Source of the DNA: Candidatus Methylomirabilis oxygeniifera
GTDB taxonomy: Bacteria > Methylomirabilota > Methylomirabilia > Methylomirabilales > Methylomirabilaceae
NCBI GenBank assembly: GCA_000091165.1
Contig: FP565575.1
Location: 390,001-422,000, forward strand
Length of the DNA stretch: 32,000 nt
Reading direction: 5' to 3'
Part shown: positions 1 through 8,289 of the stretch, piece by piece
How positions within the stretch are numbered: position 1 is the stretch's first letter
Layout: every line of letters starts with the position of its first letter
The notes under the pieces: generated by a model
Database searches by the model: none
The model's input: only the letters and a program-made list of their open reading frames with translations
Told to the model about the DNA's origin: nothing
Position numbers and translations under genes: made by a program

Positions 1-648
1 TCTAACTTCGCCTTGACCCGCTATGAGGGCGATGCCGCCGTCCTCATGGTGCTGACCGCCGGGACCGGCTCCGGCATGGTGACCAGCGATGTGCCGGGGA
101 TCGACTGCGAGCCGGACTGCAAGGCGAGTTACGCGCAACAGATGACCGTCACCCTCACGGCGGTCGCCGATCCGGGGTCGGTCTTTGCCGGCTACTCGGG
201 CGATCCCGGTTGCGAGGACGGCATCGTCACCATGAATAGCGACACCACCTGTATCGCCACCTTCAACCTCCTGACAGCCGGTCCCGACCTCACCGGAACC
301 TGGCGGAGCCTGATCCAGAGCTGCAAGGGCGAGGGGGTCGAGCAGAAGTGTAAACTCAAAGGAAAGGTACAGATCCACAACGTGGGGACCGCGAAGGCTC
401 CCAGTGGATCCTTCCTGCGGTTCTACCTCTCGGCTGATCCGGTATGGGATGGCAGCGACACCCTCCTGCAGCAGGTGTCCGTCAGCAGTCTGAAACCGGG
501 AAAGACTAAGAGCAAGAAGATCAAGTATCGACAGCCGACCAGTCAGACCGCCAAGGGGCTGTACCTCCTCGCCGTCCTCGATGTCACCGGGCTCATGGCG
601 GAGCTGGACGAGACGAACAATCTGGTGGTCTTCGGGCCGATTCCGTAG
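1..648 (+). CDS. C-terminal part of a secreted/surface protein (delta-60-repeat-like end, beta-repeat-like segment, CARDB-like C-terminus); 5' truncated by window
   Basis: Frame is open from base 1 (SNFALTRYEGDAAVLM...), resembling the FALxRY motif of delta-60 repeats, then GSGxVTSDxxGIDCxxDCxAxY...VTLTAxxDxGSxFxGYSG and a C-terminal CARDB-like DETNNLVVF. Confidence 0.6.
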   Translation, partial: SNFALTRYEGDAAVLMVLTAGTGSGMVTSDVPGIDCEPDCKASYAQQMTVTLTAVADPGSVFAGYSGDPGCEDGIVTMNSDTTCIATFNLLTAGPDLTGTWRSLIQSCKGEGVEQKCKLKGKVQIHNVGTAKAPSGSFLRFYLSADPVWDGSDTLLQQVSVSSLKPGKTKSKKIKYRQPTSQTAKGLYLLAVLDVTGLMAELDETNNLVVFGPIP

Positions 649-755
649 GTCGAGACCCTTATTTGCAGATCAACCTTCCGATTGGGCTTGCCCCCGGCGT
701 GTGAATTTGATATACATGGACACGGTTTAATAACGAATAATCAATAGAGGGCGGT

Positions 756-1475
756 GTGGGGAAGAGCCGATATATCGCGATGGTGCTGGCGAGCCTCGTC
801 TTGCTGTCGGTAAGGCCGGCATCGGGGGAGATCTATTTCCGAACCGACGAGGATGGGTTTGTGCACTTTACTAACGTACCGACGACACCGCAACACAGGC
901 GGCTTCAACCGGGAGTGTTGCCTCCTACCACCAAACTGACCAGTGCGAACATGTCGGAGCTGATCAACGCCCTCGGCGCTGAGTATGGGCTTGATCCTGC
1001 TCTGATTCGGGCCGTCATTCAGGTGGAGTCGAACTTTAACCGCAAGGCTGTCTCGCCTAAAGGCGCGCAGGGGCTGATGCAACTGATGCCGGCCACTATC
1101 TGGCGCTTCTCAGTGGGAGACGCCTATGATCCTCATGAGAACATCGGGGCGGGCGCCCGATACCTCCGCCAGCTTCTGGACCTATTTCGCGGGGATCTGA
1201 CGCTGGCGCTGGCCGCCTATAACGCCGGAGAAAACGCCGTACTCCGGTATAAGGGAATACCGCCCTATGCGGAGACCCGGGACTATGTGGCGAAAGTCCT
1301 CAGTCTGTACCGGCGCGGGCAACGAGAGCGCCACGCCGGCGGGCCGATCGAGACGGTTGCCCAGGTGATTGCGGCACAGCCGCCGCCCCCTCCGCCGCCA
1401 CCGTCCATCTATAAGGCGGAGGCGTCCGATACCATCCTGTACACGAATATCCCACCGATCGTCCAGTCTCCTTAG
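756..1475 (+). CDS. Lytic transglycosylase (Slt/MltE-like) with N-terminal DUF4124-like segment and poly-Pro C-terminal linker
   Basis: Signal peptide; IYFRTDEDGFVHFTNVP; ALIRAVIQVESNFNRKAVSPKGAQGLMQLMPATIWRF; AYNAGENAVLRYKGIPPYAETRDYVAKV are classic goose-type lysozyme/SLT motifs. GTG start. Confidence 0.9.
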   Translation: MGKSRYIAMVLASLVLLSVRPASGEIYFRTDEDGFVHFTNVPTTPQHRRLQPGVLPPTTKLTSANMSELINALGAEYGLDPALIRAVIQVESNFNRKAVSPKGAQGLMQLMPATIWRFSVGDAYDPHENIGAGARYLRQLLDLFRGDLTLALAAYNAGENAVLRYKGIPPYAETRDYVAKVLSLYRRGQRERHAGGPIETVAQVIAAQPPPPPPPPSIYKAEASDTILYTNIPPIVQSP

Positions 1476-1648
1476 GTATCTGACGGGTAGTCATTAGCCG
1501 CCGTTGTGATCCTGGATGTACACCTCTGTATCGTTTGATCGTTAACCCCGTCCGCACGTCAGTTTTCAGTGCGGCTCCTTTGACGGGAGCCCAGGCAACG
1601 GTTGAATCTGCTGGAGGTCCATTCCCCTCGGATTGCCACGAGTTCGTC

Positions 1649-1668
1649 ATACCGGCGGAAGCCGGTAT
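1649..1668. repeat. REP-like palindrome, 8-bp stem with GGAA loop (ATACCGGC-GGAA-GCCGGTAT)
   Basis: Perfect inverted repeat in the sequence, flanked by CGTC...CCGG; resembles CGTCAT(N)GGAAxCC palindromic intergenic repeats. Confidence 0.6.
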
Positions 1669-1684
1669 CCGGTTCCAACGGCCG

Positions 1685-2032
1685 TTAACGAAGCAATTGT
1701 TCGTACGTTGCAGCGTCAAAGCCGACAACGAGCGTGCGGCCCTTCCGGAAGGTCGGAGCTCGCAGGCCCCCAGTCGGTCCCATCAGGAGTGCCAGAAGTT
1801 CGGTCCTGCCGGGCTTATCTTTCCGTAGATCTATATAGACACGCTTCTGCCCTTTCGTCGCGTAGATCTCGTCCACCTCTTGGACCAGCGCGAGCGCGTC
1901 TTTCTCCTTCAGGGTCTGTTTTTTCGCATCTATCTGCAACACGATTTCGATGCGATGTTGCGCAAGAAACTCTTGCGCCTTGACGCAGCCCTTTCATCCG
2001 GGGCGGTGGTACCTCCAATCGATTCGTCCCAT
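1685..2032 (-). CDS. ArsC-family/thioredoxin-like selenoprotein, 115 aa, Sec encoded by UGA at 1996..1994
   Basis: Reading through the UGA gives MGRIDWRYHRPG-U-KGCVKAQEFLAQHRIEIVLQIDAKKQTLKEKDALALVQEVDEIYATKGQKRVYIDLRKDKPGRTELLALLMGPTGGLRAPTFRKGRTLVVGFDAATYEQLLR. Start ATG at 2032 is preceded by GGAGGAGGT. Hairpin just 3' of the UGA. The ORF track lists only the post-UGA 85-aa fragment (1685..1942). Confidence 0.8.
1960..1978 (-). promoter_or_regulatory. Candidate bacterial SECIS hairpin
   Basis: On the - strand, GCGCAAGA-GTT-TCTTGCGC: 8-bp perfect stem with loop GUU, first stem base 16 nt after the UGA, loop G 24 nt after it. Confidence 0.7.
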
Positions 2033-2243
2033 TAAGACCTCCTCCATTAGGCCATTATGATGCGTACAGGCGGTCCATGGTGTACACTCACGGGTTCCAC
2101 CGAGGGCGTATTACTCGCGCAACAGCGGCTGAAAACGCATCTGACCATCGATCCCTCAGTATGGTGTCGGCGCCCCATCGTGACGGATGCCGGAGTTGTG
2201 TGCAAGGAGAAAGTTACTCTATTCTGGGATAGCCGAAAAAAGC

Positions 2244-2272
2244 TTGACATGATGATCTGCTCAAATTAGATT
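2244..2272 (+). promoter_or_regulatory. Sigma70-type promoter candidate upstream of fae
   Basis: TTGACA (2244-2249), 17-nt spacer, TAGATT (2267-2272). Confidence 0.55.
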
Positions 2273-2350
2273 AGATACTTCGCGTCTAAGCAATGATCTG
2301 TCGTTGTGAGCGATAACCTTAACTGGAAATGGTGGAAAGGAGAAGGAGGA

Positions 2351-2851
2351 ATGTCGATGCGTGATATCATGGTTGGCGAGTCATTGGCAGGTGACGGTAA
2401 TGAGGTGGCCCACATTGATCTGATGATCGGTCCCAAGAACGGTCCGGTCGGCGCCGTCATGGCACAGCGTCTTGCTCAGCAGAGTGCGGGCCACAGCGCC
2501 CTCCTGGCGGTCGTGGCGCCGAATTTGCTGGCGAAGCCTGCGACGGTCATGTTCAACAAGGTGACGATCAAGGGGGCAAAGCAGGCGGTCCAGATGTTCG
2601 GCCCGGCCCAGGCGGCCGTGGCGAAGGCCGTGGTGGACAGCGTCGCAGAGGGTGTGATCCCCGCGAAGGATGCTGAAGATCTGGCGATCGTTGTCGGTGT
2701 CTTCATCCACTGGGAAGCCGATGACAATAAGAAGATCTTCGACTACAACTATCAGGCGACTAAAGAGTCGATCGCGCGGGCATTGGCAGAGCAGCCCTCG
2801 ATGAGCGAGATCCTGGCGCAGAAGGATAAGGTCAAGCATCCATTCGCGTAG
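2351..2851 (+). CDS. fae: 5,6,7,8-tetrahydromethanopterin hydro-lyase (formaldehyde-activating enzyme)
   Basis: GESLAGDGNEVAHIDLMIGPKNGPVG, conserved Fae N-terminus with catalytic His; SD AAGGAGG-like before ATG 2351. The track ORF begins earlier at 2306. Confidence 0.95.
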   Translation: MSMRDIMVGESLAGDGNEVAHIDLMIGPKNGPVGAVMAQRLAQQSAGHSALLAVVAPNLLAKPATVMFNKVTIKGAKQAVQMFGPAQAAVAKAVVDSVAEGVIPAKDAEDLAIVVGVFIHWEADDNKKIFDYNYQATKESIARALAEQPSMSEILAQKDKVKHPFA

Positions 2852-2900
2852 TCGGATCGATACGAGGTAAGATTACAGAGTAGAATCACCTATATCGAAG

Positions 2901-2953
2901 GGGGCTGCCGGGCGAGCGTTGAGGGTCTGATCGACCCCTTGCCCGTCGGCCCC
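2901..2953 (+). terminator. Stem-loop terminator candidate between fae and mtdB
   Basis: GGGGCTGCCGGGCGAG paired with CTTGCCCGTCGGCCCC (16 positions, one mismatch, two G-U), nested GGGTC-TGATC-GACCC, followed by TTTGATTTGTTT. Confidence 0.6.
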
Positions 2954-2981
2954 TTTGATTTGTTTCGTTGAGTGAGGACCT

Positions 2982-3866
2982 ATGGCGACCGAGCGAAAGC
3001 ATCTACTCTATTTTTTGACGACGGAAACCCAACCGAGTCCGTTTGACATCAACATGGCGTACGATGCGGGCTTCCACGCCGTGATTCCATATGGTGGTGT
3101 GAATGAGGAGTCTGCAGTCCTGCTGGTGCAGGATATTATCTTCTCTCGAGGACCGAAAGGCGCCAAGTTCAGCGCGCTCTTCATCGGGGGTAACGACATA
3201 GACTCGGCCGAGCGGGTCCGTCAAGCCGCCGCAAAGAGTATGTTTCCCCCTTTCCAGGTGTCGATGATGATCGATCCCAAGGGGTCCTATACGACGGCCG
3301 TCGCGCTGGTCGCCAAGGCAGAGAAGGCACTGGGCGGATTGCGCGGCAAACAGGTAGCTATCCCTGGTGGAACAGGCCCAGTGGGTATCGTGGCAGCGAC
3401 CCTCTGTGTGAAGCTAGGAGCCGAAGTCATTATCGGCTCCAGACAACTGAGCGGCGTAGAGCGTCTGGCTCAGCGGCTCTCAGCGCAGACGGGAGGCTCC
3501 GTAAAGGGCGCCGCGATGGCGACGGACGAGGACAAGATCTCGCACCTGCGTAGCGCCGATGTGATCCTGACGACCGGTAAGGCGGGTATCCAGATGATTT
3601 CCGAGGCGGTCCTGAACGCGCTCCCGTCGGGGAAGCTCGTGGCCGACGTTAATGCTGTTCCTCCGACCGGTATCCATAACCTGGCGCCGAATGACGACCT
3701 CAAAGAGGTTGTGCCTGGTATCAGGGGCATCGGGGCGCTGGCGGTTGGGGTTCTGAAGTATGATGTCGAGATCGAGATGCTCGAAACAATCCGAACCTCA
3801 GAGAAGTGTGTGGTGCTCGACGAGACGAAAGCCCTGGAGATTGCCCAAAGACGGCTGTCCGTCTGA
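2982..3866 (+). CDS. mtdB: NAD(P)-dependent methylene-H4MPT dehydrogenase
   Basis: HLLYFLTTETQPSPFDINMAYDAGFHAVIPYGGV and AIPGGTGPVGIVAATLCVKLGAEVIIGSR; located between fae and fhc genes. Confidence 0.93.
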   Translation: MATERKHLLYFLTTETQPSPFDINMAYDAGFHAVIPYGGVNEESAVLLVQDIIFSRGPKGAKFSALFIGGNDIDSAERVRQAAAKSMFPPFQVSMMIDPKGSYTTAVALVAKAEKALGGLRGKQVAIPGGTGPVGIVAATLCVKLGAEVIIGSRQLSGVERLAQRLSAQTGGSVKGAAMATDEDKISHLRSADVILTTGKAGIQMISEAVLNALPSGKLVADVNAVPPTGIHNLAPNDDLKEVVPGIRGIGALAVGVLKYDVEIEMLETIRTSEKCVVLDETKALEIAQRRLSV

Positions 3867-3959
3867 GAGCCGTATGGTGAGGTGAGTAAATAATAGGTGG
3901 TGCTGTGATCTTATCGGTTGTGTGGTAAGATTTTATTATCGGATAGGAGCGAGAATCAG

Positions 3960-4298
3960 GTGCCCGAGACACAGTTTATATTGATCACCGGCCGATCGAC
4001 CAAGCAGGGAAGTTCAGCCCATCTCGGGAAGGACGCCCAGGAGTACCGGGACGAGGTCTCGACCTTGCAGATGAACCTCAAGGATATCGAAGCGATAGGA
4101 TTACAGGATGGGGTTCAGGCGCGGGTCACATCGAACTACGGTTCGATCGTGGTCAAATTGAAGAAAACCGATATCCCGCAGGGAATCGTCTTTATTCCTT
4201 ATGGAGAACTGAGTAACGCCCTGATCGGTCCGGATACCCAGGCTACAGGGATGCCGGATTCAAAGGGGATCACGGTGGAGGTTGGACGCCATGACTGA
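3960..4298 (+). CDS. Molybdopterin dinucleotide-binding protein, formylmethanofuran dehydrogenase subunit D-like
   Basis: LNLKDIEAIGLQDGVQARVTSNYGSIVVKLK...GIVFIPYGELSNALIGPDTQATGMPDSKGITVEV matches the FwdD/FmdD pattern; GTG start with upstream GGAG; overlaps the fhcB start. Confidence 0.8.
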   Translation: MPETQFILITGRSTKQGSSAHLGKDAQEYRDEVSTLQMNLKDIEAIGLQDGVQARVTSNYGSIVVKLKKTDIPQGIVFIPYGELSNALIGPDTQATGMPDSKGITVEVGRHD

Positions 4299-5646
4299 GA
4301 GCGTTGCCGTGAAAGAGCCGGCTGTGAAAGAACCGTATGTGATGACGGGCGTCGTCTGCCCCTTCTGCGGTGTGACGTGTGACGATCTGGAGGTCAAGGT
4401 CGAGGACGGAAAGATCACGGAGGTCAAAAACGCCTGCGTCCTGGGTAAAGCCACCTTTCTCCATCACCTGGAGGGGTTGTCGACCCCGAGGCTGTATGGA
4501 AAACCGGCCACCGTTGATGAATGTATCGACGCGGCCGCAGAGGTTCTCGCGAAGGCCAAGTATCCCCTCATCTATGGGCTCGACTCGACCGAGCTGGGCG
4601 CGCAGCGGGCGTCGATCGAGCTGGCCGATCTGATCGGTGCGAATATCGACCACACCTCATCGGTCTGCCACGCGCCGAGCTATCAGGCGGTGATGACCGT
4701 CGGCATCCCGACCTGCACGTCGGGAGAGACGAAGAACCGGGCCGATCTGGTGATCTTCTGGGGATGTAATCCGGCCGAGGCGCATCCACGGCATGCCACC
4801 CGGTACTCGGTGACCGTGAAGGGGATGTTCGTCCCCAAGGGGAAGAAGGACCGGACGGTCATTCAGGTCGATGTCAGGCCGACGCCGACCACACGAATTG
4901 CCGATGCCTTCATCCAGATGAAACCGAACTCCGACTACGAGGTCATTTCTGCACTCAGGGCGCTCGTGAAGGGCCACGAACTGCCGCAGGCTGAGGTCGG
5001 GGGAATACCGGTCGATGAATTGAAAGCCCTGGTAGAAAAGATGAAGAGCTGTAAGTTCGGGATCGTCTACTGGGGGATGGGCCTGACTCAGACCAGGGGT
5101 AAATATCTGAATCTCGTCGCGCTGCTCAAGCTCGCTCAGGATCTCAACGAGTTTACAAAATTTTCGTGCGCGGCGATGCGAGGTCATGGCAATGTCGTGG
5201 GAATGGCTCAAGTACTGACATGGCAAACCGGTTTCCCCTTCCACGTCAATATGAGTCGCGGCTATCCTCGATTCAACCCTGGGGAATTCTCGGTGGTCGA
5301 TCTATTGGCCCGTAAAGAGATCGATGCCGCATTGATTGTTGCCGGCGACGCCATCGGGAACTTTCCCGGGAGCATGGCAGAGCATCTGAAATCGATCCCG
5401 CTGATTGCCATCGATCCCAAAGAGAGCGATACGACCAGAGTGGCTGACATTGTCATTCCGTCAGCGCAGGGAGCCATCGGCGCCGGGGGGATGGCGTACA
5501 GGATGGACCATATCCCCCTGATGTTCAAAAAGGTGGTTGAGTCACCCTACCCATCGGATCGGGAGATCATCGACCGCATCATCGCGAAGGTGAAGGCGAT
5601 GAAGAGTTGCGGTAACGGCGCTCCCGCCCCGGCCGGTAGAGGCTGA
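4282..5646 (+). CDS. fhcB: Formyltransferase/hydrolase complex subunit B / formylmethanofuran dehydrogenase subunit B
   Basis: CPFCGVTCDDLEVKVEDGKITEVKNAC, HTSSVCHAPSYQAV, WGCNPAEAHPRHATRYS; operon context. Confidence 0.93.
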   Translation: MDAMTESVAVKEPAVKEPYVMTGVVCPFCGVTCDDLEVKVEDGKITEVKNACVLGKATFLHHLEGLSTPRLYGKPATVDECIDAAAEVLAKAKYPLIYGLDSTELGAQRASIELADLIGANIDHTSSVCHAPSYQAVMTVGIPTCTSGETKNRADLVIFWGCNPAEAHPRHATRYSVTVKGMFVPKGKKDRTVIQVDVRPTPTTRIADAFIQMKPNSDYEVISALRALVKGHELPQAEVGGIPVDELKALVEKMKSCKFGIVYWGMGLTQTRGKYLNLVALLKLAQDLNEFTKFSCAAMRGHGNVVGMAQVLTWQTGFPFHVNMSRGYPRFNPGEFSVVDLLARKEIDAALIVAGDAIGNFPGSMAEHLKSIPLIAIDPKESDTTRVADIVIPSAQGAIGAGGMAYRMDHIPLMFKKVVESPYPSDREIIDRIIAKVKAMKSCGNGAPAPAGRG

Positions 5647-5658
5647 GGATAAATCGAC

Positions 5659-7305
5659 ATGGGACGCTCATTACGAATTGTCGGCGGTGAGGTCTACGAC
5701 CCGGCTAACGGGATCGATGGGGCCATTAAAGAGATCTGTGTTGAGGATGGAAAGATTGTAGAGTCCTGTACCAGGCCCGCTGAGGTGATTGACGCCGCGA
5801 ATCTGGTCATTATGCCGGGTGGTGTCGATATTCATACTCACGTCGGCAGTCCGGCGGTCAACGCGGCTCGCGGGTTCAGGCCGGAGGATCACCAGCGGAT
5901 GCATTTCCACTCAAAGCCCGCTGCCGGTATCAGGTCAGGCGTAGGCTCGACGGTCCCCTCCACCTTTGCGACCGGCTACCTGTATGCTCAGATGGGCTAT
6001 ACCACCGTGATGGAAGGCGCAAACGCGCCCATCGGTGTTCGGCATACCCATGAGGAGTTGATCGATATCCCGATCGTGGATAAGGGACTGTATATCGAAT
6101 TGGGGAGCAATGAGTTTATCCTGAAATTCATTAAGGCCGGCGAGATGGAGAAGGTCAAGCGATATGTCGCCTGGCTCCTCAGATCGTTGAAGGCGTATGG
6201 CGTCAAGCTGGTCAACCCCGGCGGGGTCGAGCAGTGGAAGTACGGCAAGGACGTGAAGAACCTGGACGATAAGGTCCACTACTTCGACGTCACGCCACGT
6301 CAGATCCTGAAGGCACTCGCCTGGGCCAACGAAAGCCTCGGATTGCCTCACTCGATCCACCTGCACGCCAATAGTCTGGGCACACCCAATAACTACCTGA
6401 CGACTCTGGACACGATGCGGACGCTTGAGGGCTCAAGACTCCATGTGGCGCACGCTCAGTTCCACAGTTACGGCGGAGAAAACTGGGGTGGTTTCTGCTC
6501 AAAGGCGGCCGAGATCGCGGAGTATATCAATACCCATCCCAACATCACGACGGACATCGGCCAGATCGTCTTTGGTGATGCCACGACCATCACGGCGGAC
6601 GGCCCGTGGCAGTACCGGTTGTATAAGCTCAGCAAGAATAAATGGTACAACCAGGACGTCGAGATCGAAACGGGATGTGGGATCGTTCCGTATACCTATC
6701 GGGAGAACAACTTTGTCAACGCCCTGCAATGGGCCATCGGGCTGGAGCTTTTCCTCCTGATCCGTGACCCGTGGCGAGTATTTCTTTCCACGGATCATCC
6801 CAACGGCGGCCCCTTCTACCTCTATCCCTGGATCATCAGGCTGCTCATGGATAAACCGTTCCGGGATGAGATGCTGAAGCGCGTCCATAAGCGTGTGTTG
6901 CCGGAGACGATGCTGTCGTCGCTTGACCGCGAGTATACCCTGAATGAGATCGCCATCATCTCCAGGGCGGGTCCCGCGAGAGCATTGGGGCTCACGCATA
7001 AGGGCCACCTGGGGGTGGGAGCGGATGCCGACATTACCATCTATTCCAAGGACAGCGATAAGGAGCAGATGTTCGAGCATCCCGTCTATGTCATCAAGGG
7101 CGGCGAGACGGTGCTTCGTGACGGCGAGATCATTCACAGCGTTGATGGTAAGACCCTGTTTGTGATCCCGCCTGAGGTCGGCGAGATGGACCCGACGTTC
7201 AAGACCGAATTCGAAAACTACTACACGATCCGGTACCAGAATTTCCCGATCGATATCGAGGACATCCCCCACCGAGAGGCGATTCCTGTGGGAGCGCCTC
7301 GATGA
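5659..7305 (+). CDS. fhcA: Formyltransferase/hydrolase complex subunit A (formylmethanofuran dehydrogenase subunit A, amidohydrolase fold)
   Basis: MPGGVDIHTHVGSPAVNAARGFRPEDH..., GYTTVMEGANAP, STDHPNGGPFYLYPWI. Confidence 0.95.
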   Translation: MGRSLRIVGGEVYDPANGIDGAIKEICVEDGKIVESCTRPAEVIDAANLVIMPGGVDIHTHVGSPAVNAARGFRPEDHQRMHFHSKPAAGIRSGVGSTVPSTFATGYLYAQMGYTTVMEGANAPIGVRHTHEELIDIPIVDKGLYIELGSNEFILKFIKAGEMEKVKRYVAWLLRSLKAYGVKLVNPGGVEQWKYGKDVKNLDDKVHYFDVTPRQILKALAWANESLGLPHSIHLHANSLGTPNNYLTTLDTMRTLEGSRLHVAHAQFHSYGGENWGGFCSKAAEIAEYINTHPNITTDIGQIVFGDATTITADGPWQYRLYKLSKNKWYNQDVEIETGCGIVPYTYRENNFVNALQWAIGLELFLLIRDPWRVFLSTDHPNGGPFYLYPWIIRLLMDKPFRDEMLKRVHKRVLPETMLSSLDREYTLNEIAIISRAGPARALGLTHKGHLGVGADADITIYSKDSDKEQMFEHPVYVIKGGETVLRDGEIIHSVDGKTLFVIPPEVGEMDPTFKTEFENYYTIRYQNFPIDIEDIPHREAIPVGAPR

Positions 7306-7341
7306 CCTCGATGACATTGTGGTGGATCTGACGGAGACGCG

Positions 7342-8256
7342 ATGGAGATTAATGGCGTTCATATCGATGAGACATACGCAGAGGCATTCGGCGCCTATGC
7401 CGGTCGGGTAACGATTACCGCGTGCAGTAAGACGTGGGCCTACGAGGCAGCTCGGAGCATGACGGGCTTCGGGACCTCGGTGATCGGCTGTGGTTGCGAG
7501 GTGGCCATTGAAGGGATCGAGCCGACGGACACGCCGGACGACCGCCCCGGCGTGAGTGTGTTGCTGTTTGCCATGTCAAAAAAGGCAGTTCAGGAGCAAC
7601 TCATCAATCGGATCGGTCAGTGTGTGATGACCGCTCCTACCTCGGCCTGTTATAACGCCCTGGAGGCGGAAGATCGCCTGTCGATCGGGGGCAAGCTCAA
7701 ATTCTTTGGAGATGGATTTCAGATCAGTAAGCGGCTTGACTCACAGATAACCGAAAACGGGAGCGGTCCGCGGCGCTTTTGGCGGATTCCTGTGATGGAC
7801 GGCGAGTTCATTGTTGAAGACCGTTTCGGGGTGAAAAAGGGGGTAGCCGGAGGCAACTTCTTACTGCTGGGGCGCGGACTGCCGGAGACCTTGCAGGCTG
7901 CGGAGCGGGCGATCGAGGTGATGCGAAAGGTGTCGGGCGTCATTATGCCGTTCCCCGGCGGCGTCGTGAGATCCGGCAGTAAGGTCGGTTCGCGCTATAA
8001 GTTCCTCAATGCCTCAAGCAACACCGCCTTCTGCCCGTCGCTGAGAGGGTCGGTCAAGAGCGACCTGCCGGAAGGGGTTGGAGCGGTTCTCGAGATTGTC
8101 ATTGATGGCCTGACGCCGGAGGCGGTGGGAGAGGCGATGCGGGTTGGTATTCGGGCCGCGTGCGGTCCGGGTATCGTGAAGATCTCCGCCGGCAACTACG
8201 GTGGAAAGTTAGGCAAACATCACTTTCACCTCCATCAGCTATTAGCTGAGGGCTGA
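7342..8256 (+). CDS. fhcD: Formylmethanofuran:H4MPT formyltransferase
   Basis: INGVHIDETYAEAFGAYAGRVTITA...GFGTSVIGCGCEVAIEG; QCVMTAPTSACYN; length and context. Confidence 0.95.
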   Translation: MEINGVHIDETYAEAFGAYAGRVTITACSKTWAYEAARSMTGFGTSVIGCGCEVAIEGIEPTDTPDDRPGVSVLLFAMSKKAVQEQLINRIGQCVMTAPTSACYNALEAEDRLSIGGKLKFFGDGFQISKRLDSQITENGSGPRRFWRIPVMDGEFIVEDRFGVKKGVAGGNFLLLGRGLPETLQAAERAIEVMRKVSGVIMPFPGGVVRSGSKVGSRYKFLNASSNTAFCPSLRGSVKSDLPEGVGAVLEIVIDGLTPEAVGEAMRVGIRAACGPGIVKISAGNYGGKLGKHHFHLHQLLAEG

Positions 8257-8289
8257 TCGCTGACGGCTCACTTGTGAAAAGAGGGTAGC

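Noticed and set aside
1300-2018. Overlapping Arg-rich ORFs (1300..1728 -, 1535..1828 +, 1633..1983 +, 1815..2018 -)
   Set aside because: They are out-of-frame or antisense to the transglycosylase gene and the selenoprotein gene, and lack family-like motifs.
1685-2032. Interpretation as a pseudogene with a nonsense mutation
   Set aside because: The UGA sits exactly at the redox-active Cys column, followed by a perfect SECIS-like hairpin and preserved frame on both sides, which is hard to explain by random decay. It remains formally possible until selAB/selC are checked.
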